Assembly: GCF_000002075.1 (NCBI RefSeq)
Contig: NW_004797298.1
Coordinates: 1,864,257 to 1,927,118 of the forward strand
DNA: 62,862 nt
Direction of reading: 5' to 3'
Source of the DNA: Aplysia californica
Lineage: Eukaryota
A program made the position numbers and the translations under genes. Each line of letters opens with the position of its first letter. Positions within the stretch are counted from its first letter, which is position 1. Positions 37,301-47,557 of the stretch are shown one piece after another. The notes beneath the pieces were generated by a model. The model was not told the origin of the DNA and did no database searches. It saw only the letters and a list, made by a program, of their open reading frames with translations.

Positions 37301-39502
37301 AGCAGTTCTGTGCTCCTGACAAAAAAATTAAAGAATTTCTTTGCCCATCCCCATATCAGGTTGAGAAAATTTTACCTTTTCTTCTAGTGCATGTCAAATA
37401 ATATAAAACTTTTTTTTTTTGGTACAGTACATTAAAACATCACCCACATTGAGGTGCTCATTGCACACAAACATAAAGGAAAAATAATATACTAATGAAT
37501 ATTGCCGCTGTCACAAAAAAACCCAAAAAACAAACAACCACCCAACAAAAAGCAAAAACAAAAAAAAAGAACTTTAATGTATTTTACCCAAGATGTTAAG
37601 TAGGGTCAGATGGAGTGACTCTGGGTTTTTTTCCAACAGTGATAATATACATATTTTGTAATACATTATTATGTGACTTTGTTTATTGTATGGATGTGTA
37701 TAGGTCTGTCCCCGTGGTTTTATGCATCCAGTATAATTTAGCAAAATTTGATCATTTTTTGCATAATTTCTGATTATTTTCCGTTATCATTCTTTGTTAA
37801 AATTAACAGAATCGTATAATTTCACATTTTCGAGCTCAGTTTGCATAATCTCAGAATTTTTCTTGCATAAAACGACGGGGACAGATAGGTGTGTGCCTGT
37901 TACGCATGTTTTTGTATTTTTCAGGACTGGAGCGCTCTTCGTTCGACAACCGCTCTGTGACATTTGAGGACCACATCAAGCATGAGCACAACATGTGGCA
38001 CTACCTTTACTTCATCGTTCTGGTCCGTGTGAAGGACCCCACGGAGTTCACGGGACCGGAGAGTTACGTCGATGCCATGATAAAGGTCAGGGTCCCAGCC
38101 TACGAGGCTACCACCTCGACGTGTAGTTAAATTAATGTGCTTGTGTGCTGACTTGGATTCACGCACACACACACAAACACACACACAACAAACACACACA
38201 CACACACACTAAATTATAATAATAACAATAATAATTATAATAATCATAGTAAGCTTTGCATAGCGCAAATTCCTGCTCAGCACCAAGCTGTATGTTTTTT
38301 ACAATCTATATTTTACCCTAGCAGACCTGATAGCATTCTAAAACAATCCCAATTTCCTGGGAAGCAAACAGTGCAAGCTGCCATTTTATGCTAAAGCACT
38401 AACATACTAACAAGATCTTTCTCTGTCTATGGTCGCATACCCATTCCTAGACGGGTGAAGTGAGGAAAATTTGTATAAAGTGCCTTTCCCAAGGACATAA
38501 TGTCAGGCCTTAAGCTCGAATCCGATTGCTTTGTGTAGCACTACGCCATACTTAATCATGTCAGTATGTCGGTCATTGGTCATTTGATTGTGCTGGGACT
38601 GGAGGATGGCAGTGGAAGGTCCTATTTCTTCTCCATACCTCACTGCTTTGTCTTTCAATCTGAATTATTTTGCTACAGACAAAAGGGCAGTTACTTAGAT
38701 AATTTGCTTCTCTGTAACTTATACTTCCCTCTCCTCGGAACCTTATAGTGACGGCGGTGCAGTCTTTGTCTTTCAATCTGAATTATTTTGCTATAGATAA
38801 AAAGAGTTACTAAGATTATACGTTTCCCTGTGTCTCAAACTTCCCTCTCCTCGGGACCCTATTGTGTCAATAGTGCAGTAAAAATTTACTCTCAAACTCA
38901 AACCCACCTCCTCAGGAGCGTAACCTTGAGTGGTTCCCTCGCATGCGGGCCATGTCGCTGGCGGCAGAGGACAGTGAGGGAGAACAGAATGAGATCCGCA
39001 GTCTACAGCTCCAGCTGGATGTGACCACTCAGCTGGTGCAGAAGTTGTCTCAGCAACTCACTGAGCTCAAGGAACAGGTANNNNNNNNNNNNNNNNNNNN
39101 NNNNNNNNNNNNNNNNNNNNNNNNNNNNNNNNNNNNNNNNNNNNNNNNNNNNNNNNNNNNNNNNNNNNNNNNNNNNNNNNNNNNNNNNNNNNNNNNNNNN
39201 NNNNNNNNNNNNNNNNNNNNNNNNNNNNNNNNNNNNNNNNNNNNNNNNNNNNNNNNNNNNNNNNNNNNNNNNNNNNNNNNNNNNNNNNNNNNNAGACCTT
39301 TTTCTCTTCTCTCTTTACACCGTGCTTTTTGTCTAGTTTTGTGTTTGAAGCTACCAGTGTTCTGCTCAATTTCTCTTGTGTGTGTGTTTTGTCATCGGAT
39401 TATCATGATTTTGCTATTCATGCACATGTGTACAGTAACAATATATTCTTATGTTTTGTCCTAACGATCTGTAGATCTATATTTTCCTTCTTGTGTGTGT
39501 GT

Positions 39503-39534
<32 letters not shown>

Positions 39535-39906
39535 TTTTGGTGGGTGCTCTGTCGTGGTTTGCTCCTTCTTTCTTATCAAACATGTATCATCCTTATAATT
39601 ATCTCTTCTTCGTTTCTTTGCATGTTACACTTTACTTTAGTAACACCTCTAATCTTCGGCTTTTATGTGACCTAATGGTGTTGCTAGTGCAGTAAAACTC
39701 GTTCTTTAACTAAAAATCCCATTTTATCGCAATTTTGCTGTCATGCTCGCCTTTGCAGAGATAACAAATTTCTGTCCTAGGTCCCACCAATCTCTAATTA
39801 TTGTGTATTTCCTTCCTTTCAGATGACAGAACAGAGGAAACAGAAGCAACGTTACGGCCTTCTGCAGCCCCCCTCTGTCCCAATGCCTCTGCCTGCTCAG
39901 TTCTAA
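114..39906 (+). CDS. Itpr: Inositol 1,4,5-trisphosphate receptor, 3' part of a multi-exon gene (5' exons lie upstream of the window)
   Basis: 22 phase-consistent GT-AG exons encode IP3R hallmarks: [129 protein letters not shown]..stop. Confidence 0.99.
437..654 (+). mobile_element. Family A (Nin/Deu-domain SINE), 5'-truncated copy
   Basis: Matches the 3' part of 28793-29334; 13-bp TSD acaacctaatact at 424-436 and 655-667. Confidence 0.9.
927..1038 (+). CDS. Itpr: Itpr exon (R)[37 protein letters not shown], preceding the SII-equivalent region
   Basis: ccacag|G, AAG|gtgagg; phase 2 to 0; matches ITPR1 [20 protein letters not shown]. Confidence 0.96.
3076..3105 (+). CDS. Itpr: Candidate 30-nt alternative microexon [10 protein letters not shown]
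   Basis: Pyrimidine tract + tcaag|, AAG|gtatct; phase 0/0, no stop; lies in SII-equivalent intron. Confidence 0.6.
3278..3325 (+). CDS. Itpr: Candidate 48-nt alternative exon [16 protein letters not shown] (SIIC-like)
   Basis: ctaac branch-like motif + caag|, AGG|gtaaga; phase 0/0; 16 aa ending LEDHRR vs vertebrate SIIC ELEPSPPLRQLEDHKR (recalled). Confidence 0.8.
9327..9571. mobile_element. piggyBac-like MITE nested in a family B copy
   Basis: TTAA on both sides (9323-9326, 9572-9575); imperfect 13-bp TIR ccctctccttacg/acctatccgtacg; family B sequence resumes after it. Confidence 0.75.
9753..9902 (+). CDS. Itpr: Itpr exon [50 protein letters not shown] (contains PKA-type RRES)
   Basis: ctcag|, CAG|gtgagt; 150 nt; matches ITPR1 GEALRQILVNRYY..RRES. 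Confidence 0.95.
10341..10472 (+). CDS. Itpr: Itpr exon [44 protein letters not shown]
   Basis: ccag|, CAG|gtgagt; 132 nt; absent from the ORF track, read manually. Confidence 0.96.
11011..11176 (+). CDS. Itpr: Itpr exon [55 protein letters not shown]
   Basis: ctcag|, G|gtgaag; phase 0 to 1. Confidence 0.94.
14219..14272 (+). CDS. Itpr: Candidate 54-nt cassette exon (D)[17 protein letters not shown]
   Basis: ccacag|, AAG|gtaagg strong donor; phase 1/1 matches host intron; no stop. Confidence 0.65.
15686..15733 (+). CDS. Itpr: Candidate 48-nt cassette exon (D)[15 protein letters not shown]
   Basis: Long T-rich tract + gaag|, T|gtaacg; phase 1/1; purine-rich island in a T-rich intron. Confidence 0.55.
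17352..17387 (+). CDS. Itpr: Candidate 36-nt cassette exon (V)[11 protein letters not shown]
   Basis: ttcttttctatatttcgaacag|, AAG|gtttgt; phase 1/1; no stop. Confidence 0.45.
18218..18360 (+). CDS. Itpr: Itpr exon (V)[47 protein letters not shown]
   Basis: ttcag|, GAG|gtatgc; phase 1 to 0; resembles ITPR1 [20 protein letters not shown]. Confidence 0.92.
19005..19157 (+). CDS. Itpr: Itpr exon [51 protein letters not shown]
   Basis: ttcag|, CAG|gtcaga; 153 nt; start of the RIH-associated region. Confidence 0.96.
19615..19818 (+). CDS. Itpr: Itpr exon [38 protein letters not shown]
   Basis: ttcag|, CAG|gtagaa; 204 nt; GLGLLG (ATPB-type) motif. Confidence 0.98.
20457..20567 (+). CDS. Itpr: Itpr exon [37 protein letters not shown]
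   Basis: ccacag|, AAG|gtacac; 111 nt. Confidence 0.97.
21077..21172 (+). CDS. Itpr: Itpr exon [32 protein letters not shown]
   Basis: ctcag|, CTG|gtgggt; 96 nt. Confidence 0.97.
21638..22021 (+). mobile_element. Family D retroposon (possible 3' end of the partner I/Nimb-type LINE)
   Basis: 12-bp TSD atgacagaatgt (21626-21637, 22022-22033); same 3' tail as family A plus poly(A); no Pol III boxes seen. Confidence 0.8.
22750..22830 (+). CDS. Itpr: Candidate 81-nt alternative exon [27 protein letters not shown]
   Basis: ctgtag|, CAG|gttttt (weak donor); phase 0/0; N-terminus resembles ITPR1 VEVIKKAYMQ and the start of the next core exon. Confidence 0.45.
24641..24990. mobile_element. Hairpin MITE interrupted by family B; uninterrupted copy at ~51808-51955
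   Basis: ~40-bp inverted ends (CTCGCGACCTCAGTGCTTTCTTGTCGTATCTCCATTTTT-like) and shared internal sequence in both copies. Confidence 0.75.
26225..26374 (+). CDS. Itpr: Itpr exon [50 protein letters not shown]
   Basis: tacag|, CAG|gtatga; 150 nt; [11 protein letters not shown] motif. Confidence 0.96.
27045..27152 (+). CDS. Itpr: Itpr exon [36 protein letters not shown]
   Basis: ccag|, GAG|gtaaac; 108 nt. Confidence 0.97.
27577..27741 (+). mobile_element. Family C ~160-bp retroposon (representative copy). Other approximate copies: 7655-7786, 20702-20841, 27164-27290, 28617-28788, 61799-61966 (+)
   Basis: Recurrent GGTTGGAGGGCGCCACTG..CCTACTTCTTT..(TCTG)n..GCACTAAATGACCATTATTGTGTTGATGTGCTTCTC..(CAAA)n. 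Confidence 0.8.
27945..28137 (+). CDS. Itpr: Itpr exon [41 protein letters not shown]
   Basis: ccag|, A|gtaagt; phase 0 to 1. Confidence 0.97.
28793..29334 (+). mobile_element. Family A full-length tRNA-derived SINE with Nin/Deu-like core
   Basis: A box TGGCCTAGAGG, B box GGTTCGAATCC; core TTAAAGATCCC..TAAGAGTAGG..GGCAAAATTC resembles the DeuSINE/Nin domain; stem-loop tail; TSD-like agacaaaacagc/agactaaacagc. Confidence 0.9.
29381..29503 (+). CDS. Itpr: Itpr exon (M)[40 protein letters not shown] (TM1)
   Basis: ctcag|, C|gtaagt; phase 1/1. Confidence 0.95.
29661..29840 (+). mobile_element. Family B ~180-bp retroposon (representative copy). Other approximate copies: 6601-6771, 9239-9648, 20848-21013, 21198-21363, 23323-23462, 24712-24887, 39540-39715, 41347-41503, 41586-41756, 45166-45340, 48745-48897 (+); 62145-62321 (-)
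   Basis: Recurrent GTGGGTGGTTGGCGGGTGCTCTGGTGTGGTTTGCTCCTTCTTTCCTATCAAAC...CTTGTAACACCTCTAATCTTCGGCACTTATATGACC..AAGTGCCGTAAAAC(CTAAAA)n. Confidence 0.9.
30563..30738 (+). CDS. Itpr: Itpr exon (H)[26 protein letters not shown] (TM region)
   Basis: cccag|, AAT|gtaagt; phase 1 to 0. Confidence 0.95.
32245..32409 (+). CDS. Itpr: Itpr exon [24 protein letters not shown] (TM region)
   Basis: ttcag|, CTG|gtgagt; 165 nt. Confidence 0.96.
33076..33295 (+). CDS. Itpr: Itpr exon [50 protein letters not shown] (S4-S5 linker, TM5, start of luminal loop)
   Basis: gtcag|, G|gtcagg; phase 0 to 1. Confidence 0.96.
34344..34427 (+). CDS. Itpr: Itpr luminal-loop exon (E)[27 protein letters not shown]
   Basis: ctctcag|, T|gtaagt; 84 nt; phase 1/1; 2 Cys and 2 N-glycosylation sequons (NRT, NCT). 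Confidence 0.88.
34406..34786 (+). repeat. 36-bp minisatellite, ~10 copies, spanning the Itpr exon/intron boundary
   Basis: Unit CAGATACTTCACAGCACTGACTGTAAGTAAATCTCT starting at 34406, 34442, 34478, 34514, 34550, 34586, 34622, 34677, 34713, 34752. Confidence 0.95.
35905..36050 (+). CDS. Itpr: Itpr pore exon (W)[48 protein letters not shown]
   Basis: tgcag|, AAT|gtgagt; pore helix + GGGIGD filter. Confidence 0.98.
36535..36730. repeat. Degenerate ~30-35-bp tandem repeat, ~6 copies
   Basis: Recurrent TGTTACTTTATTTTACAGTAACA. Confidence 0.7.
36780..36945 (+). CDS. Itpr: Itpr TM6 exon [55 protein letters not shown]
   Basis: tacag|, G|gtgagt; phase 0 to 1. Confidence 0.98.
37055..37290. repeat. 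Degenerate ~39-bp tandem repeat, ~6 copies
   Basis: Recurrent TTACTTCTCAGCTGACAAG. Confidence 0.7.
37925..38085 (+). CDS. Itpr: Itpr exon (G)[53 protein letters not shown]
   Basis: ttcag|, AAG|gtcagg; His pair of the C2H2 Zn motif. Confidence 0.98.
38646..38862. repeat. Tandem duplication, period ~118 bp
   Basis: ctttgtctttcaatctgaattattttgcta..acttccctct occurs twice. Confidence 0.8.
38916..39077 (+). CDS. Itpr: Itpr exon [24 protein letters not shown] (Akt-type RMRAMS, coiled coil)
   Basis: ctcag|, CAG|gta before a gap; 162 nt. Confidence 0.97.
39823..39906 (+). CDS. Itpr: Itpr last coding exon [27 protein letters not shown]
   Basis: tttcag|; [10 protein letters not shown] as in ITPR1; TAA at 39904-39906. 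Confidence 0.97.
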   Translation: MTEQRKQKQRYGLLQPPSVPMPLPAQF

Positions 39907-41052
39907 CTGTCCTTGACCTCTGGGCGACTCCGTGCATGTGTGTGTGCCTGGAGCATCATGTCTTTTGCTAGATGACGTGTCATGACTTCCGCACACTCAA
40001 AGTCGACTCTGAGGACTCGGTGTCTATCAAGATCTGTCTTACCTCTTCAGTCCAGTGGCTCCCCGCCTCGGAGTCCTCACAGTTCTATATATCCAGCAGG
40101 ATGTGATATCACTGTTGGTCCCTGTGTTTTATGCCTATGTGGGACATGGAACACAGAGGACATGGAAGACAGATCTTTCTTTTTTTCTATGAGACTTTTT
40201 AAAAACTTTTTTGTCACATTTCCATTATAAGTTATCACTGCACTTGAAATGTGTATATTTATTGTACCCTTGGTTCTCTGTGAAAATGTTTATAGATCAG
40301 AAATATTTTTATCCTTTCCTCTTGTCAAATGTCCTCAAATTGTTTGTATTTTGTGAACTGTGGCCTTTGTTTCACCCTCTCTTTGAGATTCATATTGACT
40401 TTAAAATATGCTTGTCACCGTGGCTGTTTGATAAGTGAACTGGTCTAGGAGTCTTCTTCTTTTCAAGGGTTCCTTGTGTCTCAACCTGTTTCCACCAACA
40501 TCAGGGATGTAGCAGTTAAACGCTTTGCCATCGCACACAGAAGACATTTGCTGCCGACCTGTTGCCGTACCCGTATTCTTTTTTATTCAGGCCTGGGATC
40601 AGCCATTTTGAAGTTAGTAGGACATCAAACCCAAGCCAAAAGCCAGGGTTAGCGGAGGTGTGAAGGTTGCATCTGACCTCAGAGGGACTTTGGTCCGTTC
40701 AATGTCATGTCCCCATCAGTGGCAGCTCACCACCCTATGATCTTTTGGACAGTCAAATGTTGCAATGCACTCAAAGCTCTCAACATGGATAGTGTAGGCT
40801 TGCATGTTTTTATCCTGCGGTTTGTTCTTTTGCACAAAACTGTTCTGTACGCAATGTAATATACATCAAAATTAATTGTAACTAGATTTTTGCAATTGTG
40901 ATTTTTATATGTACATCTTATCTTGAAATGTGCGATACACGCACAGCTCTAAATGGTGCGGTTAATTTATCCCCAGTCAAAAAAACTTTCCTTATTACTG
41001 ATTCCTTGTACTGTTAGTCTTTTCTTGTTGGAGTACAGAGTATTCTTACAGT

Positions 41053-41058
41053 AATAAA
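41053..41058 (+). terminator. Candidate polyadenylation signal for Itpr
   Basis: First AATAAA I noticed after the stop (~1.15 kb 3' UTR); UA/U-rich sequence downstream; longer UTRs possible. Confidence 0.4.
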
Positions 41059-41066
41059 TCATGAAC

Positions 41067-41097
<31 letters not shown>

Positions 41098-43128
41098 TTT
41101 ATTGAAACCTGATGGCACTCCCTAGTGTGAACATGGAATATATATATATCAAAGTGCTGCAGGCTACTACAGAAGTGCGTTTGTGTTTTGTATGTGTGTT
41201 TTGTGCGCTGTATCTATTTGTGTGTTCCTCTTGTGCCATGTTATCATCCCCCCTTCTTCTCCATCATGTGAGAAAGCCTAAAAAATGTTATGTGTCCTGC
41301 CCAGAGATTTTGTTTATGGAACATCAAGCAAGTGGCCTTTTCTCTTGTGGGTGGTTGATGGATGCTCTGGTGTGATCTGCTCCTTCTTTCCTATCAAACG
41401 TCTTTCCTTCTTTTTTTGGTTTGTTACTCCTTTGTAACACCTCTAATCTTCGGCATTTATATGGCCTAATTGTGTTGCAAGTGCTGTAAAACTCTTTCTA
41501 AAACAAGCAATTTTACCCCCTTATTCTCTTATGGTGGACTGGTATTGTCGCGATGGGGGCTTGTACTTGAGGCTTTGACAGACTTGTTGTGGTTTGCTTC
41601 TTCTCTCCTATCAAACATCTGTCACCCTTATCTCCCCCCCTTCTTTTTTATGCTTGTTACTAGTTTACTCTCTTGTAATACCTCTAATCTTCTGGCGCTC
41701 ATATGACCTTATGCATTTGCGAGCGCCGTAAACCTCTACTAAAAAAACACCAAAAAACTTGTTGCTATATTTTAGGAATATTACTTTCCTCTTTGACCTC
41801 GGTCCCAACAGACAGGTACTTAAGGTTTTGGGCTTAACAGGCAGACATGCTGTATGCTTCTATTGATAGGCCCACACACACATATTGTGAAATTGTGTAA
41901 GCGTTTGAGTGGAGCTGCATTGGACTACTACATTGCTTTAACTTTTGAATATTCCTAGCTCTGAAAAGTCAGTTAAAGGACATCTGACCGTTGGTCTGTT
42001 ATCACATTCCTGTGATATGAGTGCCTTTGTGTCTATGACAACCCTAGCTTCTACCTTGGGTTTGTGTTGTACACTTGGTTTCCAGGGAGCAGACATGGAT
42101 AAAAGTGTTTGACTGGATTCACCTTAGTCATTTCTGTCTTCATTTGTGTGTGTATGTGTTTGTTAGATTACAACTTATAATGGGTTTTGAGTCCCATACT
42201 TATTTTGATAATTATTTTGTCTAATGAGTGTATGTGTGGGGGCTTAGAATTTTCTGTATAACGGAGACGATAGGTCTGCTTGCTAGTGTGCACCGAAGTA
42301 TCAATGAGGATGTGTGCTTGTGCATGTCAAAAAGTGGGTCTACTTGCACCTACCACCCTGCTCCACACATGTGACTCTTGAGTAACTTGTACAGAACTGT
42401 AGCTGCAATCAAACCAATGGGACGACTATATATCCTGTTTTTGTTTTGTTGTCATCAGGGGAAATGTCTCACCTTTCTCTAACTTTATACAGTGATGAAA
42501 ATGAATGCATTTTTCCTTGCGTTTTCTGTTGAACACATGACATATATATTATATATTAACAGCTTTATCTAATGTACCCCTCACCTCTATTTCCTTAAAT
42601 TCTAGTTTTTACCAGCACTCTGTGACTTTCCTGGCGATGTGTATATTGGTGTGTCTGTGTTTGGGTGTGTTTGTTTGTGAGTGTCAGCGTGTGAAAAGAA
42701 GAACATCGTCCAACAGCGTGTTAATTTGTTTTTGGCCGCCGGTATTTTCACATGTGGAAAAAAAGTAGTTTGACACCTTAATCGGAATGGTGGTAGAGCT
42801 AAAACAGGTGCAAAATGAGAAACTAGATTTAGATCTAGATGTACCCCCCCAAAAAATGTGTATTTTAGCTAATAGGCCTAGGCCTAGACCTCTGCGGTAA
42901 GAGCCGCAATGTCTTTGACATGTCGTGAAAACATGCATAGCCTTTTTTTTCCACGACAGGTCGTGAAAACGCACGCAAAAATTTTTTCCCGGTGCGCATA
43001 GATTTTTTTCCCCACGACATGTTGCGAAAATACCGGCTGCCTTTGTTTTTGTTACGTCAGAGACTACAGGCTGGTGGTTGCACTTTACATTCCAGTGTTT
43101 TTCTTTTCCTGTCGCAGCACCTTCTTAA

Positions 43129-44170
43129 CTCATTCGCTACGCCGTTCCGTGGGCAGCGGCGCGGCGAAAGTGACTTCACTACGGCAAACCACCCCTGACG
43201 GCTCGAGAACCGACCTATAATTCTAGCTTAGATATTATTCCAATCCACATATCCTTATTAAAATAAAGGTTATAATATAATATTGACTTCCGAGTTAAAC
43301 GTTTCCACCGAAATTGGGAAGTTTTGATTCAGTTTTGAAACGTGATTTCATAGTTTATGCGAATTTGTTTTATCGGGATGCCCACATTATAGCCCAGACA
43401 CCAGTCTTAGTATTTTAGCACAACAAAATGTATCATTTTTTGCTCACTGGAGAAATGTAGGACTCTTCTGTAGAATATTGATACTATTGGACTCAAATTG
43501 CCAGCAGTGTTACTGAGAAATCAATATTTTTGGTCTAGATCTAAATTGTCAAAATATTTTTTTTCTCCCCAAAATCACTACTTTTTGGTGAAATTACACC
43601 AAACATACCACTCAAGACAGTATAGGTTTATTCCAAATGCTATTCTGAATAATTCCATATATGATACGAGTGTTTTTTTCTGTTCGTGAATGCATCTGGT
43701 CCTTTTTTCAAGATTATAAAAAGAAAAAAAAATTTCAGTATCGGATGTTATGATCCAAATGTACAAATTCTATGGAATGAATGAAAATAACTGCAAGTTT
43801 TTCAATATTTTTCAGTTCTATATTCATTTATGGTTATTTTGATGTATCATTTGACTAGGTGCAAAGATATTTTTGGAGTTTCACCAAAGATTAGGCCTAT
43901 TAATTTTTATTTTCAAATTTTATCTGCATCCAAGCAAAATTGTGTTGCATAATCACCTCTTACAGGAACCAAAGTTGAAAAATAAATAAATAAACATTAC
44001 AGGTGTATTCTAAAAACCATACTGAAAATTTTGGTATTTTCGATGTTGATATTTATTTGAATTTTTGGCCCCAAAGACCTTTGGACTGCGCACTAGTCAT
44101 CATCTCATTTTGCCCTCCCGAAAAAAATGTGTCCCCAAGCCGAAAATAATACGAGTACGTAGCGAATGAG
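43129..44170. mobile_element. Non-autonomous piggyBac-like element
   Basis: Perfect 13-bp TIR CTCATTCGCTACG; TTAA TSD at 43125-43128 and 44171-44174; no transposase ORF. Confidence 0.85.
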
Positions 44171-45639
44171 TTAATAAGCATAGATGAAGCTCAACTATGT
44201 GCTCTGTGAACGTTGCCTAGTCTGAGGTGTAGTCTTGGTGCTTTGTATTTGCTTCATCACTCATGTATTGGGACCTTTGTATAAAAAGATAATGCTTCAA
44301 GAGGAGGGCCTTGACTATATATATAGCTTACACTTTTTCCTTATTCCTGTGCCAGGGATGGGCAGACTCAGGAGTTGTTCTGTATTCAGGAATTATGTTT
44401 TTATATCTCGCTGTAAAAAAGTCCTGAAGTTATATTCCGTGTTTGGTTAAGATACAAGTTCAAGTGCAGGATTTCCTGTGCGTCGCTGCCTCAAACTCAG
44501 GAAAAAAAAACCCCAATACAACAACGATTGTGTGCCCATTCTTGGTTACTGATTAGTTAACCACATGAATGTCAAAATCTTAGTCATAAGAATTGACAGC
44601 TGCATTTACGAGTTGTTCCCCCCGGTAGCTATGATGGCAAGTACTGGCTGCTTCTGGTGATGTCTTGTCTCCTTGCTGTCAGCTCCTGGTGACACCTTTA
44701 ACCCCTCAATATATTATATAATATATACCCCCCGCCCCATTCCCTTAAGGTTTCTGAGGACGTGTAGAGTGAATGAAAGTTTGATCAATGTATCTCATGT
44801 CTCTGGAATTTGTCTTATGATTATGCTTGTGAAAGTGACGCACTAAGCGGGCAAAAAGCTCTCTACGTTTAACACTATAATCTGTCGTGACTGGCTGTGT
44901 TTGTACCGAAGAGCCCATGGAGGAAATAAAAGCCGCCATCTGCACTGTAGGCCTACCATTGCTGAAACCGTGATTTGAATGTTTGTATTTCCCTTGAAAT
45001 TGTTCAAATAAACCTTGCTTAGAATATACTGCAACCTGTTTTGTTAGTTTATGAGTATTGTGAGTGCACATGTAACTATTTTGTGTTTCACCCAGGGAAA
45101 TCCACTTCTGCATTCAGTTTCAGTTCTTGCAGTTGTTGTCACACTTTTTTTTTCAAATTCAATCTGTGGGTGGTTGGAAGATGCTCTGGTGTGGTCTGCT
45201 CTTTCTTTCCTACCAAGCATCTATCATTCTTATCGCTCCTCCTTTTTTGCGTTTGTTACTCTCTTGTAACAATTCTAATCTTCCGCACTTATATGACCTC
45301 ATTGTGTTGCAAGTGCCGTATAACTCTTACTAAAACTGAAATTCAGTCTTGGGCCTATTTGCCATAGTAATTTCTGTGGCAGGATTTTTATCGGTAGGCC
45401 TATCATGGAGTATAAGTATTCAAATCGAAAGTAAGACAAGACAAGACCCAAAGTCTGTGGATTAGATCAAGTCTATACTGTAATATGTCGGGGACTACTG
45501 TGAATACATGTACGTACAAGTAGTATATCTGTGGATGGGGTGAAGAGGCGGGAGCTTGAGGTCTGAAGCTATGATGCTTACCTTGCATGCCAGTGGAACG
45601 AAGGCCCTACTGGATTTTTTCCTGTCTTCGCCAGTGGCT

Positions 45640-46005
45640 AACCGTTCCATTCTGGTTTCCCAGATCTATCCTTTTCATTCTAGATTCCCAGAGCTATCCT
45701 TTTCATTCTAGATTACCAGAGCTATCCTTTTCATTCTGGTTTCCCAGAGCTATCCTTTTCATACAGTTTTCCCAGAGCATCCTTAGCAATATTTTACATT
45801 CCGGTTTCCCAGAGATATCCATTATATTCCGATTTCCAAGAACTAACCTTTCCATTCTGGTTTCCCACAGCTATCCTTTTCATTCTAGTTTACCAGAGCT
45901 ATCTTTTTCATTCTGGTTTCCCAGAGCTATCCTTTTCGTTCTGATTTAACAGAGCTAACCTTTTCATTCTGGTTTCTCCGAGGTTTTTCCCCAGAGCTAT
46001 CCTTA
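45640..46005. repeat. ~28-bp minisatellite, about a dozen copies
   Basis: Unit CCAGAGCTATCCTTTTCATTCTGGTTTC. Confidence 0.9.
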
Positions 46006-46009
46006 TCAA

Positions 46010-47035
46010 TCTGGTGAAATTTCTTCATTCCAAAAATAATGTCTAGACCTTCTCTATCTACGAGTGATTGGGAGTAATTTTTCTCAGCCTGATTCAATGT
46101 TGTACACGGGGAGTCCACTTATAACGAGTCCTGAAACAACGAGAAGTCTGTTATAAAGACACTATTCTAAAACCCCGTTTTTTCTCCTTCTTTATCTTTT
46201 GTAAATAAAATACTGCTATTGCGCAATCAGACCGTCACGCGAGTCGGTTTTAACGGAATATTGCTGCTGCTGTGCACAGCGTGCAGACCAATTACACACA
46301 CATATAAAACCTTGCCAGTTGAGAAAGTTATTGGTGATCCAGCGAAACAAAGAATGGGAGAACCCACGCGAACCAACAATGAAGGCCGGAGCGAATGAGT
46401 GGGGAGGGTGTGGCATGCGCAGACAAGCAGAACGCATTGCGTGATTGGCCAGCCCAGTCTAGATTATCTCTAGGCATACCGTGCCTCTCACTTCTCTGGT
46501 GCGGGACGGAGAGGTCGCAATGCTGTGGTAGATGGAGTGAATGTGTGACGTGCGCTAGCAGACGCAACGCACCACAGGGTGTGGTAGGGTGGGGGACAAC
46601 ACAGCGGGCGAGTTAGCCTAGAGCCAGGGCCCTTCTTTCTGATCGCCAACGCCGAGCTGTCAACATTGCTAGTGCTAGAGAAAGAAACCTAATTTGATTT
46701 TTGATAAAGTAAGACCTAGAGATCATGTCGAACAAATCATCATCAGGGGAAATACAAAAAGGAATAAACAGAACGCCAAACTCATAGATTAGGCCTACTT
46801 TACTATTTCCCTTGAATGTATTACTGGATCCCTTGTAACGAGAATCCTGCTATAACGGACATTTCGCACCGGTCCCCTACCTCTCGTTATAACAGGATTC
46901 CACGTACTGGCATAAGCAATAGGGCGCTCACTACTTTCATCATGATATGATAACACTGCTCCAACACCATCTGGTGATGCATCACATGTTGATATTAGTT
47001 TCTTCTCTGAGTCATAGTGAGTCAGCAAGGTATCA
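46010..47035 (-). pseudogene. Gypsy-type LTR retrotransposon RT-connection/RNase H remnant, split by a MITE
   Basis: LLTHYDSEKKLISTCDASPDGVGAVLS..ERPIAYAS joins TTLNQAEKNYSQ..REGLDIIFGMKKFHQ in frame after removing 46105-46904 and one TA. Confidence 0.85.
46105..46904. mobile_element. pogo/Tigger-like non-autonomous element
   Basis: TA TSD; imperfect TIR CACGGGGAGTCCACTTATAACGAG / CGTGGAATCCTGTTATAACGAG; repeated TAACGAG subterminal motifs. Confidence 0.8.
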
Positions 47036-47557
47036 GACGACGCTCAGCATCTTCAAACACTTAAAAAAGTCTTGAAGTTGGTCGGTGAGAAAGGAATGAA
47101 GATCAACAAGAGATGTGCTGCAGTACACATTTGACGCGGTGAGCTTTGTCCCTGGGCCTGTGACACTCTTTGTTCTTTTTTTAATATTTAAAGTAAAATA
47201 TTTAATGTATCTGCAAGTTTGATCGACTTATTTCTGCAATCCCAACACAACAGTCCGCACATTTCTAAGACTTTTTTTTTCTACAATCAACACTCTACGG
47301 TTTCTGTTAGACTTATTTCTCTGTGCTAAAAGGCAGGGTCGCAATAATGACGTGTCATCAGCTCTGTGAAAACAGAAGGACACGTCAATATTTTGTTCCA
47401 AAAAGTCGAAACAGTCTACTCAGGGGTGGAAAGGCAAAGCGTCTTTCCTCCTCCAAGTCTGTTAACAAAAAGGTTGTTTTCTTGCCCTTTGACCCGACGC
47501 GCGACCATAATCGCGACTCGACCTCCTCGTGTTCGTGTTCCGCGCAATTTACCGATA

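Noticed and set aside
39904-39975. Stop-codon readthrough extension
   Set aside because: TAA is the least leaky stop and the 22-codon extension has no recognisable features.
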